Position numbers and translations under genes: made by a program. The notes below the pieces were generated by a model that saw only the letters and a program-made list of their open reading frames with translations, was not told the origin of the DNA and searched no databases. Shown in pieces: positions 36,431 to 51,143 of a stretch of DNA of 64,000 bases. Location: contig NIVC01000755.1 in the NCBI GenBank assembly GCA_002269645.1, positions 186,001 through 250,000 of the forward strand, given 5' to 3'. Origin of the DNA: Macrostomum lignano. Taxonomy: Eukaryota. Position 1 is the first letter of the stretch, and each line of letters starts with the position of its first letter.

Positions 36431-37749
36431 GTGAGTCCGGCTTAGATTGATTCAAATCCACTGCAATCTGAATCTATTCTCACTCCAATCCACTACGATA
36501 TGAATCTAATCTCACCCTAATTCACAGCAATTGGAATCTAATCTCACCACAAACCAAAACTGAATCCAATTACATGCAATCCATTGTAAAAAATCTAATC
36601 TTGTTACGACTGAAACACAGAGACGGAGTCTGGGTTTTCCACTGAGTTTTGGCATACTTTACGTATCTCGTGATAGACGAGTGCACGTCTTTTACCTTTT
36701 TATAATTTTCTCTTTCTGCCCGAGCTACTTTATAAAAATAACGCGAGACTGAGGCGCTTCCAGTTGTCTGTGTTAGCCTGAACAGATCCACACCACCTTC
36801 CCCCTTACAATGGGTAAAGTTCAGGCAAATCCTCAAGAGCAGAAGCAGAACTCAGGAGCTTGTTGGCTTCGGTTCAGTCGAAACACTGCGCAGAGATTTC
36901 GAAGCGATCCATCCAGTGGTCAAGGTTGCTGCTCTCGTCAAGTCGCTCCATTTCAGCCATATACCTAATGCAACAAAATCGTGTGTGCTGTCCGGATCAA
37001 ATCTCACCCAATGCAACACAATCGTGTGTGCTGTCCGGATCAAATCTCACCACAATGCACTCCAAGAGTCAAACACAAACTTCAAATCCTTAAATTTTTC
37101 CTTTGTATCGGGTTCGCCGAGTTGCCTAATGAATGTCGATCTCGCCCTCCCTCTGTCCCGCCGTTGCGAGCAGCCGCAAGCAAAGTACCGACTTTGCAGT
37201 CCCATTATTTCTTTTGATCTAAGTTGCCGAGCTCGCTAATGCGGTTGCCATGCGCTAATGACTCGAGCACAGGATTTCTTTCATTATCTTACTCATCTTC
37301 CACTCACCATATATGTACTTTTGAATACTACGTATTAGTTGCTAGTTGCCTTGACTACTGCTTTGCAAATGAGATCTCAGGTTTTGTTTTCCTCTTTGCT
37401 AGTAGGCAAGAAATACGCTGGTAGGAACTACTGTGAGCCTATTAACATTGGGATTAGTTTCCAGTCTCCCCAGCTGAGCTGCTCTGAGCCCACCATGCGG
37501 TCCCAGCCGGCCCTCGCGTGCACTTCTCTCGACTGAACCATCCGTCTACCCCCCCCCCCCCAGCTCTGTTGAATCTGAACTGCAAAGTGCTTTTATGAGC
37601 GTGAGTTCCGGGGCACCAGGCGGTCTCCGGGGCGTCTAGAGGAGTCTTATAAGCTCAGTTTGTTTTTTCGGTGCACTTTGTAAATATTTTTAATAAAAAT
37701 TATCTTTACAACTGTATAACTGCATGATCTGTCTTGAATGATTGGAATC

Positions 37750-40135
37750 GAGATCCCTGCACTCTGAACCTCCGATTCTCCATCCCTGAGTCACTGGGAT
37801 CCCTGCACTCTGAACCTCCGATTCTCCATCCCTGAGTCACTGGGAGATCCTGATCCCATCACTCCGATTCTTCATCCCTGAGTCACTGGGATCCCTGCCC
37901 TCTGAACCTCCGATTCTCCATCCCTGAGTCACTGGGAGATTCTGATCCCATCACTCCGATTCTTCATCCCTGAGTCACTGGGAGATTCTGATCCCATCAC
38001 TCCGATTCTCCATCCCTGAGTCACTGGGAGATTCTGATCCCATCACTCCGATTCTTCATCCCTGAGTCACTGGGATCCCTGTCCTCTGAACCTCCGATTC
38101 TCCATCCCTGAGTCACTGGGAGATTCTGATCCCATCACTCCGATTCTCCATCCCTGAGTCACTGGGAGATTCTGATCCCATCACTCCGATTCTCCATCCC
38201 TGAGTCACTGGGAGATTCTGATCCCATCACTCCGATTCTCCATCCCTGAGTCACTGGGAGATTCTGATCCCATCACTCCGATTCTCCATCCCTGAGTCAC
38301 TGGGATCCCTGTACTCTGAACCTCCGATTCTCCATCCCGGAGTCACTGGGATCCCGATCCCATCACTCCGATTCCCCATCCCTGAGTCACTGGGAGATTC
38401 TGATCCCATCACTCTGATTCCCCATCCCTGAGTCACTGGGATCCCGATCCCATCACTCCGATTCTCCATCCCTGAGTCACTGGGATCCCGATCCCATCAC
38501 TCCGATTCTCCATCCCTGAGTCACTGGGATCCCGATCCCATCACTCCGATTCTCCATCCCTGAGTCACTGAGATCCCGATCCCATCACTCCGATTCTCCA
38601 TCCCTGAGTCGGGGGGCCGTAGCCCAGCGGTAGCGCAGCTGCTCTGGTGTGCCGCGACCCAGGCTCGATTCCAAGTGCAGCCACATTAATTTGGGGCTGA
38701 ATTGGAATTTCGGCTTGGCTCGCCTGTGCAATTAACGGCCTTGAGAGCCAACCCCCCCCCCAAGGCGCAGTGAAGTGTACATGCCTAACGATATTATAAA
38801 GTTAGGGCCGCTGTACACTCCTGTGTGAGTGTGTGCCTGCGTACGTATCCGCGCGCTTGTATGCCTGCTCAGGGGAGTCTTCGGAATGGGCAGTAATGCC
38901 TCTCGCCGGTTGTGTGCCTATGTCGCCTAAAGTGCGCCAGGGTGCACACAACCCCCCTGCCTCTAATAAAAATCCCTGAGTCACTGGGATCCCGATCCCA
39001 TCACTCCGATTCTCCATCCCTGAGTCACTGGAAGATTCTGATCCCATCACTCCGATTCTCCATCCCTGAGTCACTGGGATCCCGATCCCATCACTCCGAT
39101 TCTTCATCCCTGAGTCACTGGGATCCCGATCCCATCACTCCGATTCTCCATCCCTGAGTCACTGGGAGATTCTGATCCCATCACTCCGATTCTCCATCCC
39201 TGAGTCACTGGGATCCCTGCCCTCTGAACCTCCGATTCTCCATCCCTGAGTCACTGGGATCCCTGCCCTCTGAACCTCCGATTCTCCATCCCTGAGTCAC
39301 TGGGAGATTCTGATCCCATCACTCCGATTCTTCATCCCTGAGTCACTGGGAGATTCTGATCCCATCACTCTGATTCTTCATCCCTGAGTCACTGGGAGAT
39401 TCTGATCCCATCACTCCGATTCTCCATCCCTGAGTCACTGGGAGATTCTGATCCCATCACTCCGATTCTTCATCCCTGAGTCACTGGGAGATCCTGATCC
39501 CATCACTCCGATTCTCCATCCCTGAGTCACATGAATCCTGATCCCGTCATTCCGATTCTCCATCCCTGAGTCACATGAATCCTGATCCCGTCATTCCGAT
39601 TCTCCATCCCTGAGTCACTGGGAGATTCTGATCCCATCACTCCGCTTCCCCATCCCTTAGTCACTGAAATCCTGATCCCATCACTGCGCTTCCCTATCCC
39701 TGAGTCACTGGGATCCTGATCCCACTCTGATTCCCCATCCCTTAGTCACTGGGATCCTGATCCCATCACTTCGCTTCCCTATCCCTGAGTCACTGGGATC
39801 CTGATCCCATCACTCCGATTCTCCATCCCTGAGTCACTGGGAGATCCTGATCCCATCACTCCGATTCCCCATCCCTTAGTCTCTGGGATCCTGATCCCAT
39901 CACTCCGCTTCCCTATCCCTGAGTCACTGGGATCCTGATCCCACTCTGATTCCCCATCCCTTAGTCACTGGGATCCTGATCCCATCACTCCGCTTCCCTA
40001 TCCCTGAGTCACTGGGATCCCGATCCTATCACTCCGCTTCCCCATCCCTGAGTCACATGAATTCTGATCCCATCATTCCGATTCCCCATCCTCTATCACA
40101 TGAATCCTGATCCCATCACTCTGATTTCCACCCCT
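37750..40135. repeat. ~42-46-bp minisatellite in DYRK intron 2
   Basis: (GATCCCATCACTCCGATTCTCCATCCCTGAGTCACTGGGAGATTCT)n with variants, interrupted at 38611-38971. Confidence 0.95.
38611..38971 (+). mobile_element. tRNA-derived SINE with 11-bp TSD
   Basis: Head GGGGGGCCGTAGCCCAGCGGTA (A box)...GCTCGATTCC (B box), AATAAAA tail, ATCCCTGAGTC at 38600-38610 and 38972-38982. Confidence 0.85.
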
Positions 40136-40180
40136 GAGCGACAGGGATCTCACGGCAATCCTCATTCTGAACCTGCGCAG

Positions 40181-40524
40181 GCAAGGGCAGCTTCGGTCAG
40201 GTGCTGAAGTGCTTCGACCACAAGACGGGGCAGCACGTGGCCCTGAAGATGGTCCGCAACGAGAAGCGGTTCAGTCGACAAGCTGCCGAAGAGGTCCGCA
40301 TCCTGGAGCTGCTGAAACGTCAGGACCGGGAGGGCTGCAGCAATGTAGTGCACATTTTGGAGACCTTCAGCTTCCGCAATCACGTGTGCATCGTGTTCGA
40401 GCTGCTGTCAATGAACCTCTACGAGCTGGTGCGGAAGAATCGCTTCCAGGGATTTTCGCTGCAGCTGGTGCGCAAGTTCGCCCACTCCATCCTGCAGTGC
40501 CTTGAGCTGCTGCACCGGAACAAA
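40181..40524 (+). CDS. DYRK2: DYRK2/3-type kinase, exon 3
   Basis: GKGSFGQV...[12 protein letters not shown]...[11 protein letters not shown]...[12 protein letters not shown]. Confidence 0.97.
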
Positions 40525-40586
40525 GTGAGGAACGGCGTCTTATGTGTGATTTGATAGTTAAAGAAGTTCTTTGGGAGCCCGACAAT

Positions 40587-40979
40587 TTAGGTTAGTGTTT
40601 AGGTTAGGGTTTGGGTTTGGGTTTAGGTTTGGGTTTAGGTCTCGGTTTGGGTTTCGGTTTTGTTTTGGGTTTGGGTTTGGGTTTGGCTTAGGGTTTGGGT
40701 TTGGGTGGGGGTTTGGGTTTGGCTTAGGTTTTGGGTTTGGGTCTGGGTTTGGGTTTGGCTTAGGGTTTGGGTTTGGGTCTGGGTTTGGGTTTGGCTTAGG
40801 GTTTGGGTTTGGGTGGGGGTTTGGGTTTGGGTTTGGGTTTGGCTTGGGTTTTGGATTTGGGTCTGGGTTTGGCTTTGGCTTTGGCTTGGGGTTTGGGTTT
40901 GGGTGGGGGTTTGGGTTTGTGTCTGGATTTGGGTTTGGCTTAGTGTTTGGGTCTGGGTTAGGCTCAGGGTTAGGGTTTG
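40587..40979. repeat. Telomere-like (TTTGGG/TTAGGG)n tract in DYRK intron 3
   Basis: Direct reading. Confidence 0.9.
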
Positions 40980-41592
40980 TGCACCCTGACCTTTGTCATT
41001 CTGCACCCGGTCCAGGTAACACTGGAGACATTTTGAATTTATCGAGAATTTTCCTGCGATTTTCGTCGCCCATCCTTCCCAAACTACCTGCGGCGGAGCG
41101 TCACTTTATATTTACCGGGTTCCTTACCTTGCCTTTCTTTTCTTGGCCGATTTGCATCAATGTGCATGTAGTTTAGATAATCGTTTTTCGATACATATCG
41201 GAGCTCCGACCCAATCGTAGTAGCACTCTTTTGTCCCTTTTAATCCTTCTATCAATCTGCCTGTTTTCAAACTCAAGCTCAAATAGCCTCTACCTCAAAC
41301 TAGAAGCGCTCGGTCCCATACTGATAACGTTTCTATGAGTAAAAGCCGGCCAGAGGAAAAAGACGAAGTACTAGTTGCCTAGGCAACCATTGTCACCCTG
41401 TACTAACCTCCCACAAGGCATCCAAGATGAAGTTTTTAAGTTTCCTTTGCTCAGTCAGCGGACAGGATGAATTACAGGGCCGGGCCTCGAAAGCGCTGAG
41501 CTCTGCAGCTTCTGCAGCTAGTTTGCTTGAGCCCGTATTCGCCCTAATTATGAGCTGATGAGCAACTGGGACGGCGGTTTTCTTCGCGATAA

Positions 41593-42825
<1,233 letters not shown>

Positions 42826-43078
42826 TGAAGTTTAGCTGCCAAGGTTGAATATTCACTAATCAGTTTTTAATCCTTAGCCATGCACCAAACCATGCTGCCC
42901 CAGTGCCTGCCTTCTGTCCCCTGATCTCAGCCTAGCTGTATCATTTCGAACCCACCTGCTCCGCGCTGCACCTGCCTCGCGCTTGACCGCCCCTGCGATT
43001 ACCTTTTTTCCCGCATTTCTTTGCCCTTCCTTCCTTTGCGCGTCCCCCGCTAATTGGCACCCCACAATGCCCGCGCAG

Positions 43079-43548
43079 GCTACCCGCTGTTCCCCGGCGA
43101 GGACGAAGGCGACCAGCTGGCCTGCATCATGGAGCTGTGCGGCACGCCGCCGCAGGCCCTCCTTGACGCCTGCCGGCGCACCAAGGTGTTCTTCTCGTCC
43201 CGCGGCCTGCCCCGCTACTCCTCCGTGGACGCCGGCCCCGACGGCTCGCCGCAGCTGAAGGGCGGCCGGTCGAGGCGCGGCAAATTCCGCGGGCCTCCGG
43301 GTAGCCGCGACCTGCCGACCGCCCTCAAAGGCACCGGCGCTGCGGCGGATCCGCTGTTCCTCGACTTCCTGCGCCGTTGCCTGCTCTGGCTGCCCGAGGA
43401 GAGGATGACCCCGCGCGAAGCTCTGCGCCACGACTGGCTTAAGCGGCGCCTGCCCCGGCCGCCGGTCCCAGCGGGTGCTGCGGCCGCCATCGGCGGAGCA
43501 ACGGGGCTGCAGCTGCAGAGCGACTGCGCGGCCGGCTCGGCTGGCTGA
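43079..43548 (+). CDS. DYRK2: DYRK2/3-type kinase, exon 5 to stop
   Basis: [19 protein letters not shown]...[13 protein letters not shown]...DPLFLDFL...[12 protein letters not shown]; TGA at 43546-43548. Confidence 0.92.
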
Positions 43549-43552
43549 GTTT

Positions 43553-44030
43553 CCCATTCACCAATCTGATGCCCATTCACTAATCTGATGCCCATTCACC
43601 AATCTGATGCCCATTCACCAATCTGATGGCCATTCACCAATCTGATGCCCATTCACCAATCTGATGCCCATTCACCAATCTGATGCCCATTCACCAACCC
43701 GATGCCCATTCACCAATCTGATGCCCATTCACCAATCTGATGCCCATTCACGAATCTGATGCCCATTCACCAACTCGATGCCCATGCACCAATCTGATGC
43801 CCATTCACCAATCTGATGCCCATTCACCAACCCGATGCCCATTCACCAATCTGATGCCCATTCACGAATCTGATGCCCATTCACCAATCTGATGCCCATT
43901 CACCAATCTGATGCCCATTCACCAATCTGATGCCCATTCACCAATCTGATACCCATTCACCAATTTGATGCCCATTCACCAATCTGATACCCATTCACCA
44001 ATCTGATGCCCATTCACCAATCTGATACCC
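43553..44030. repeat. 19-bp minisatellite immediately after the DYRK stop
   Basis: (CCCATTCACCAATCTGATG)n. Confidence 0.95.
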
Positions 44031-44670
44031 CTATCATAACCATTCTGCCCGTACCATTCCGCCCTCTGTACCATTCCGCTCCCTATCCTGTTTTCAGGAT
44101 CAAACTCAAAATTCTAATTTTTGCAGAAATTTTTTCAGCTGTTTGCTTCGCTTTGTTTATGCTAGATGACTTCAATGTATTATTTAAGGATTTCTGCCCC
44201 TAGCAGACGCAGCTGTTATTGCAGCAAAGCTTGTTCAATTTCCGTTGCTCTTCCACAGATCTATCCAACCCCCGTTCAATGCGTATTTTACTAAGATTGC
44301 TAATTATCTGTATCTGGTTTTGTTTTGCACCGCCTGATGCTAGTCTGGCTACTTGTCGGCAGTAGTGCTAATCGCATTGTATGCGCCGTTATTATTTGTT
44401 TTTCATACAATTTTATGCACTGTTAGATTCCATAGTACGTCTAAAGCTATTTAGTCAGTGTTAGGTTGTGATATTATGTGTGCGCAATAATTATTTCAGA
44501 CTCGTGTAAAGCAAGTACCCCGCATTCATTTGCTACCATGGTAAGCGCATTTTGTGATCATTTTGTGATTGTCTGTGCGCGCTTTGATTCTGGTAACTCC
44601 GAATCACCCAACCCCTGTTGGAGTCTGCCCGTCTGCGTGAACGGCTTGCCATCTGTTGGACAAATCCCTG

Positions 44671-46612
44671 TTCTGCTTCTGCTGCTCTGCTTCTGTTCTG
44701 CTTCTGCTGCTCTGCTTCTGTTCTGCTTCTGCTGCTCTACTTCTGTTCTGCTTCTGCTGTTCTGCTTCTGCTGTTCTGCTTCTGCTGCTCTGCTTCTGTT
44801 CTGCTTCTGCTGTTCTTGTGCTGTTCTGCTTCTGCTGTTCTGCTGTTCTTCTGCTGTTCTGCTGTTCTTCTGCTGTTCTGCTTCCGCTGTTCTTCTGCTG
44901 TTCTTCTGCTGTTCTGCTTCTGCTGCTCTGCTTCTGTTCTGCTTCTGCTGTTCTTCTGCTGTTCTGCTGTTCTGCTTCTGCTGCTCTGCTTCTGTTCTGC
45001 TTGTGCTGTTCTGCTGTTCTGCTTGTGCTGTTCTTCTGCTGTTCTGCTTCTGCTGTTCTTCTGCTGTTCTGCTTCTGCTGCTCTGCTTCTGTTCTGCTTG
45101 TGCTGCTCTTCTGCTGTTCTGCTTCTGCTGTTCTTCTGCTGTTCTGCTTCTGCTGTTCTTCTGCTGTTCTGCTTGTGCTGTTCTTCTGCTGTTCTGCTTC
45201 TGCTGTTCTGCTGTTCTTCTGCTGCTCTGCTTCTGTTCTGCTTCTGTTCTGCTTCTGCTGTTCTGCTTCTGCTGTTCTGCTTCTGCTGCTCTGCTTCTGT
45301 TCTGCTTCTGCTGTTCTTCTGCTGTTCTGCTTCTGCTGTTCTGCTGTTCTTCTGCTGTTCTGCTTGTGCTGTTCTTCTGCTGTTCTGCTTCTGCTGTTCT
45401 TCTGCTGTTCTGCTTCTGCTGCTCTGCTTCTGTTCTGCTTGTGCTGCTCTTCTGCTGTTCTGCTTCTGCTGTTCTTCTGCTGTTCTGCTTCTGCTGTTCT
45501 TCTGCTGTTCTGCTTGTGCTGTTCTTCTGCTGTTCTGCTTCTGTTTCTTCTGCTGTTCTGCTTCTGCTGCTCTGCTTCTGTTCTGCTTGTGCTGTTCTTC
45601 TGCTGTTCTGCTTCTGCTGTTCTTCTGCTGTTCTGCTTCTGCTGTTCTTCTGCTGTTCTGCTTGTGCTGTTCTTCTGCTGTTCTGCTTCTGCTGTTCTGC
45701 TGTTCTTCTGCTGCTCTGCTTCTGTTTCTGCTTCTGCTGTTCTGCTTCTGCTGTTCTGCTTCTGCTGTTCTGCTTCTGCTGCTCTGCTTCTGTTCTGCTT
45801 CTGCTGTTCTTCTGCTGTTCTGCTTCCGCTGTTCTTCTGCTGTTCTTCTGCTGTTCTGCTTCTGCTGTTCTGCTTCTGCTGTTCTGCTGTTCTGCTTCTG
45901 CTACTCTGCTTCTGTTCTGCTTGTGCTGTTCTGCTGTTCTGCTGTTCTTCTGCTGTTCTGCTTCTGCTGTTCTGCTTCCGCTGTTCTTCTGCTGTTCTTC
46001 TGCTGTTCTGCTTCTGCTGTTCTGCTTCTGCTGTTCTGCTGTTCTGCTTCTGCTACTCTGCTTCTGTTCTGCTTGTGCTGTTCTGCTGTTCTGCTTGTGC
46101 TGTTCTTCTGCTGTTCTGCTTCTGCTGTTCTTCTGCTGTTCTGCTTCTGCTGTTCTTCTGCTGTTCTGCTTCTGCTGCTCTGCTTCTGTTCTGCTTGTGC
46201 TTTTCTTCTGCTTGTGCTGTTCTTCTGCTGTTCTGCTTCTGCTGTTCTTCTGCTGTTCTGCTTCTGCTGTTCTGCTTCCGCTGTTCTTCTGCTGTTCTGC
46301 TTCTGCTGCTCTGCTTCTGTTCTGCTTGTGCTGTTCTTCTGCTGTTCTGCTTCTGCTGTTCTTCTGCTGTTCTGCTTCTGCTGTTCTTCTGCTGTTCTGC
46401 TTCTGCTGTTCTTCTGCTGTTCTGCTTCTGCTGTTCTGCTGTTCTTCTGCTGTTCTGCTTCTGCTGATCTGCTTCTGTTCTGTTTGTGCTGTTCTTCTGC
46501 TGTTCTGCTTGTGCTGTTCTTCTGCTGTTCTGCTTCTGCTGTTCTGCTGTTCTGCTCTGCTGTTCTGCTTCTGCTGTTCTGCTTCCGCTGTTCTTCTGCT
46601 GTTCCGCTTCTG
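44671..46612. repeat. Cryptic CTG/TTCTG low-complexity repeat
   Basis: Almost A-free tract, which explains three spurious 600-700-aa ORFs. Confidence 0.95.
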
Positions 46613-47479
46613 TTGTCTCTCTCTTCGACTCTGTCTCCCTCTTTAGGTTCTGTGTCCCTCCTCGCAGCCCGTCAGTTATTTCGCCTTCCTATCACTCCCC
46701 TTATCTCACGTTAGCTCCTCTTTCATTCCAATAGCTCAGCCTCCCTGCATCCCCTGCATCACTACCTGTGCATCGGCACCGGTCTCTACTTAAAGTCTCC
46801 ACAGTTGAGTGTTTCGAGCTGTTTTGTGCAATAATTATTTCCTGTTTACAAAGCAGTATAATTTTGCTTGGTCTGCTTCTCTCCGATTGCCCTGCGTATT
46901 TTTCCCCAGGGAATGCGATACAGCTTCCAGCAATAGGCAGTGCACTTTGTACTTTAGCAAATGTGTTTATGTTTTTACCAGCGTCCATCGATTTTTTATA
47001 TTTAAAATATTTCTGATTTCGATTTCCCAATTTTGTCTAATTGAAATTCCCAAAACGCAGTTTTTGCTGAGCAAATTGCCCCTACAAGCTGGCCGGAGCC
47101 TCCGATTTGGCTCAATATTGCAGTATTTCTTACAGCGGCTTCTTGCTGCACTCTATGCTGCCGTCTTGTTTAGAGAGCCACAGCAGTGCTTTATTGTGAT
47201 CCCGTCTGCTTGCATTAGCTGCTAGTCTCGCGCTTCTGCTCATCGCGCAATCGCAAAATTCAGCCATGCTGATAAATATACCTATGCTTTATGCACTACT
47301 CGAGTAACAGTTCCCGTGAGTAGCTGCGGGTAAATACTAGCGTATCTCTGCTAAAGAAAATGTGGCTTAGTCATCACAATTGCCTTGTTAATTTGCATTG
47401 GGGCACGTTAGAAATATTCATGCAAGCCTGATACCTGCAGCTCATCTTAGCGAACCTAGCAGCTTAACTATATATGAGT

Positions 47480-47552
47480 ACCTACCTGCCTGCCTACCTG
47501 CCTGCTTGCCTACCTACCTGCCTGCCTGCCTGCCTGCCTGCCTACCTACCTA

Positions 47553-47591
<39 letters not shown>

Positions 47592-47592
47592 A

Positions 47593-47647
<55 letters not shown>

Positions 47648-48086
47648 ACCTACCTGCCTACCTGCCTACCTACCTACCTACCTACCTACCCACCTAAAAC
47701 TTTTGTTCTGTTGCCTCTATGCTTCTATCTCTCTCCCCTCTGACCCTCTTTCTTGAATCTCCCTTGGTATCTCAGTCTCTCTATCTCCCTCTTATTCTCT
47801 CAGTCTCTCTATCTCCCTCTTATTCTCTCAGTCTCTCTATCTCCCTCTTATTCTCTCAGTCTCTCTATCTCCCTCTTATTCTCTCAGTCTCTCTATCTCC
47901 CTCTTATTCTCTCAGTCTCTCTATCTCCCTCTTATTCTCTCAGTCTCTCTATCTCCCTCTTATTCTCTCAGTCTCTCTATCTCCCTCTTATTCTCTCAGT
48001 CTCTCTATCTCCCTCTTATTCTCTCAGTCTCTCTATCTCCCTCTTATTCTCTCAGTCTCTCTATCTCCCTCTTATTCTCTCAGTCT
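47480..48086. repeat. (CCTG/CCTA)n microsatellite (47480-47693) and 28-bp minisatellite (47760-48086)
   Basis: (CTCTTATTCTCTCAGTCTCTCTATCTCC)n. Confidence 0.93.
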
Positions 48087-48664
48087 GATCCCTTTCGATC
48101 TATCTGTCTCCATTTCAATCTCTGTGTCCCTCTCAGCCCACCCACCTATCTACCCTCTTACAATAAGCTGCGTGCGCTTGCTAGTCCTGTCGGTCAGCAG
48201 GTTACTACAAAGGCTGCGTGCGCCAGAAACAATTCAGCAGGCAGAGTGGAGTGGAGTTGGCACAAAGGCCAAGAGAGCCTGCTGGCTATTCATAGCCCAG
48301 AGCTCCCCAATGGCTTCTTCTGCTACTTTTCAGGGCTTGCGAAGTTCGCGCCAGATCGACTGAAGTATTTTTGTTCGGCTTCAAAAATATTTGCGAGTTC
48401 AATTTTTAGAACGAGCACTTGTCCTGCTTTGCTTAACTTGCGTCAGACTGGGGCAAAGTGCTGCTCCAAATTCATCACCGCGGTCTTTAATGATGCAACC
48501 CTAAAGTCACTGCTCATGCCGACTCTTGGTGAGGTATATTTCTGAGACTGTTCTCACCTCCCGATATGTTACGCCAATAACATTATCACAACATAAAATT
48601 TTAGTGAAGAGTTTCTTGTAAACAACCTGAGAGTGCATGTAAGCCGAGTGAGATTGAATCAAGG

Positions 48665-49562
48665 GTAGTGAGGGAGAGTGAATGAGATATGGTCAATGAG
48701 GGAGTGAGTGAGATATGGTCAATGAGGGAGTGAGTGAGATATGGTCAATGAGGGAGAGTGAATGAGATATGGTCAATGAGGGAGTGAGTGAGATATGGTC
48801 AATGAGGGAGAGTGAATGAGATATGGTCAATGAGGGAGTGAATGAGATATGGTCAATGAGGGAGTGAGTGAGATATGGTCAATGAGGGAGTGAATGAGAT
48901 ATGGTCAATGAGGGAGTGAGTGAGATATGGTCAATGAGGGAGAGTGAATGATATGGTCAATGAGGGAGTGAGTGAGAGATGGTCAATGAGGGAGTGAGTG
49001 AGATATGGTCAATGAGGGAGAGTGAATGAGATATGGTCAATGAGGGAGTGAATGAGATATGGTCAATGAGGGAGTGAGTGAGATATGGTCGATGAGGGAG
49101 TGAATGAGATATGGTCGATGAGGGAGTGAATGAGATATGGTCGATGAGGGAGTGAATGAGATATGGTCAATGAGGGAGATTGAATGAGATATGGTCAATG
49201 AGGGAGTGAGCGAGATATGGTCAATGAGGGAGTGAGTGAGATATGGTCAATGAGGGAGTGTGAATGAGGGAGAGTGAATGAGGTATGGTCAATGAGGGAG
49301 TGAGTGAGATATGGTCAATGAGGGAGAGTGAGTTAGGGAGAGTCAGTGAGGGAGAGTGAATGAGGGAGCGTTAATGAGGGAGAGTGAATGAGGGAGAGTG
49401 AATGAGGGAGAGTGAATGAGGTAGAGTGAATGATGGAGCGTGAATGAGGGAGAGTGAATGAGGGAGAGTGAATGAGGTAGAGTGAATGAGGGAGAGTGAA
49501 TGAGGGAGAGTGAATGAGGTAGAGTGAATGAGGGAGCGTGAATGAGGGAGAGTGAATGAGGG
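48665..49562. repeat. 26-28-bp purine-rich minisatellite grading into a 15-bp repeat
   Basis: (GAGATATGGTCAATGAGGGAGTGAGT)n then (GAGTGAATGAGGGAG)n. Confidence 0.92.
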
Positions 49563-50659
49563 AGTTAAGGCGATCAATGGGTGAATGGAGAAGAGTTGAA
49601 GACGCGAGTCAGCTCAAAGTTGCCACACAAGTAAAAAGGGCTTTACTCGTTACCAGTTTACTAAACGAGCAACCCGCAAATAACTTTTCAGCTCATTAAC
49701 TAGCTCTTGAACCTGTGCCGGTGGAGATCGCATGGTCCATTGTGAAAGATAGCAATGCTCCCAGCTCACCTGAGTCAGGCACTGGTTTGTAATGAAGAAT
49801 AAGCGCCAGAATTCTGTCTCAAGCAAGCCTTAGTTAAATCTCTTTGGCTCTTTGGCTCGGATCTACTCCAATTAGAAGATTAGGCATCAGTTTCACTGGG
49901 TCGGCCTTAATGGGCGATCAATTAATGAGCGATAATATCATTGTTGCAAAGCCTGCAGCCGCCCACGCGCATGAGTTAAGAAGGATGCCTTGGTGGAGCA
50001 GGCATTCTCCTGAATACTGGGCCGAGACGGACGATTGGCTGAAGAGGGCGGGGCAACCCATCTGTAGCTAAAAATAGCTCAGCGGACTGAAGGTCGCGGC
50101 CCTGTGATTGGCTGGGGCGAGAAAACTAGCGTGCAAGGGCGAGATAAGGCAGGGAGTGAATAAAAGGCCTTGTGGGAAAGCTGCCCGTCTGCTGCTGCGC
50201 GATTCCCCCTGGGAAGCTGGAAATCTGCCGCTCTCACGCCACCGTCTCTTCTGTCTGAGCTGCAGGCAATCGACTGCAAGGAGAGCGCGGGCATCGCATC
50301 GAGGCCACCAACCAGTACAGGGTAAGGCGGCTGCACTGCCGGCTACTGGCCTGCTCCATCACGCCACTCAAATCCCCAAGACTGCCAGGTCCCAGTTTTT
50401 TCATTAGTTTATTTCATTTCCTCCGACATGTGTGTTTCAAGACAAACCTGTCCATCCATTAATTCCGTCAGCGGCCTACCTGTCCGCCTCCTTGGATTCA
50501 TGCTCCCCCGTCCAATGTGTTGGGAGCACATCCACGCCAGCCAGTATGGACCTCTGATTTTTTGCGATAATCTTGATTTTCTTCATAGTTCAAAGTCTCC
50601 TGCCCGCCGATTTTGTTTTCGATCTCCTTCCAGACTTGTCTGCTTATCTCCTCTCGGTT

Positions 50660-51143
50660 ATCTCCCCTAGCTTCCTTATCAGCCCTCCGATCTCCCTTAT
50701 CTTCCCTATCTTCCCTCCCAGCCTCCCCGATCTCCCTTATCTCCCCCTATCTTCCCTCCCAGCCTCCCCGATCTCCCTTATCTCCCCCTATCTTCCTTAT
50801 CAGCCCTCCGATCTCCCTTATCTCCCCCTATCTTCCCTCCCAGCCTCCCCGATCTCCCTTATCTCCCCCTATCTTCCCTCCCAGCCTCCCCGATCTCCCT
50901 TATCTCCCCCTATCTTCCCTCCCAGCCTCCCCGATCTCCCTTATCTCCCCCTATCTTCCCTCCCAGCCTCCCCGATCTCCCTTATCTCCCCCTATCTTCC
51001 TTATCAGCCCTCCGATCTCCCTTATCTCCCCTATCTTCCCTCCCAGCCTCCCCGATCTCCCTTATCTCCCCTATCTTCCCTCCCAGCCTCCCCGATCTCC
51101 CCTTATCTCCCCTATCTTCCCTCCCAGCCTCCCCGATCTCCCT
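50660..51143. repeat. ~41-bp pyrimidine-rich minisatellite
   Basis: (CCTCCCCGATCTCCCTTATCTCCCCCTATCTTCCCTCCCAG)n. Confidence 0.92.

Noticed and set aside
44478-46714. Three overlapping 600-720-aa Cys/Leu/Phe-rich ORFs
   Set aside because: Open in all three plus-strand frames because the CTG/TTC repeat has almost no A and cannot form stops.
48200-48640. Unique island between satellites as a possible exon or transposase fragment
   Set aside because: Stops in the frames I read and no motif I could recognise.
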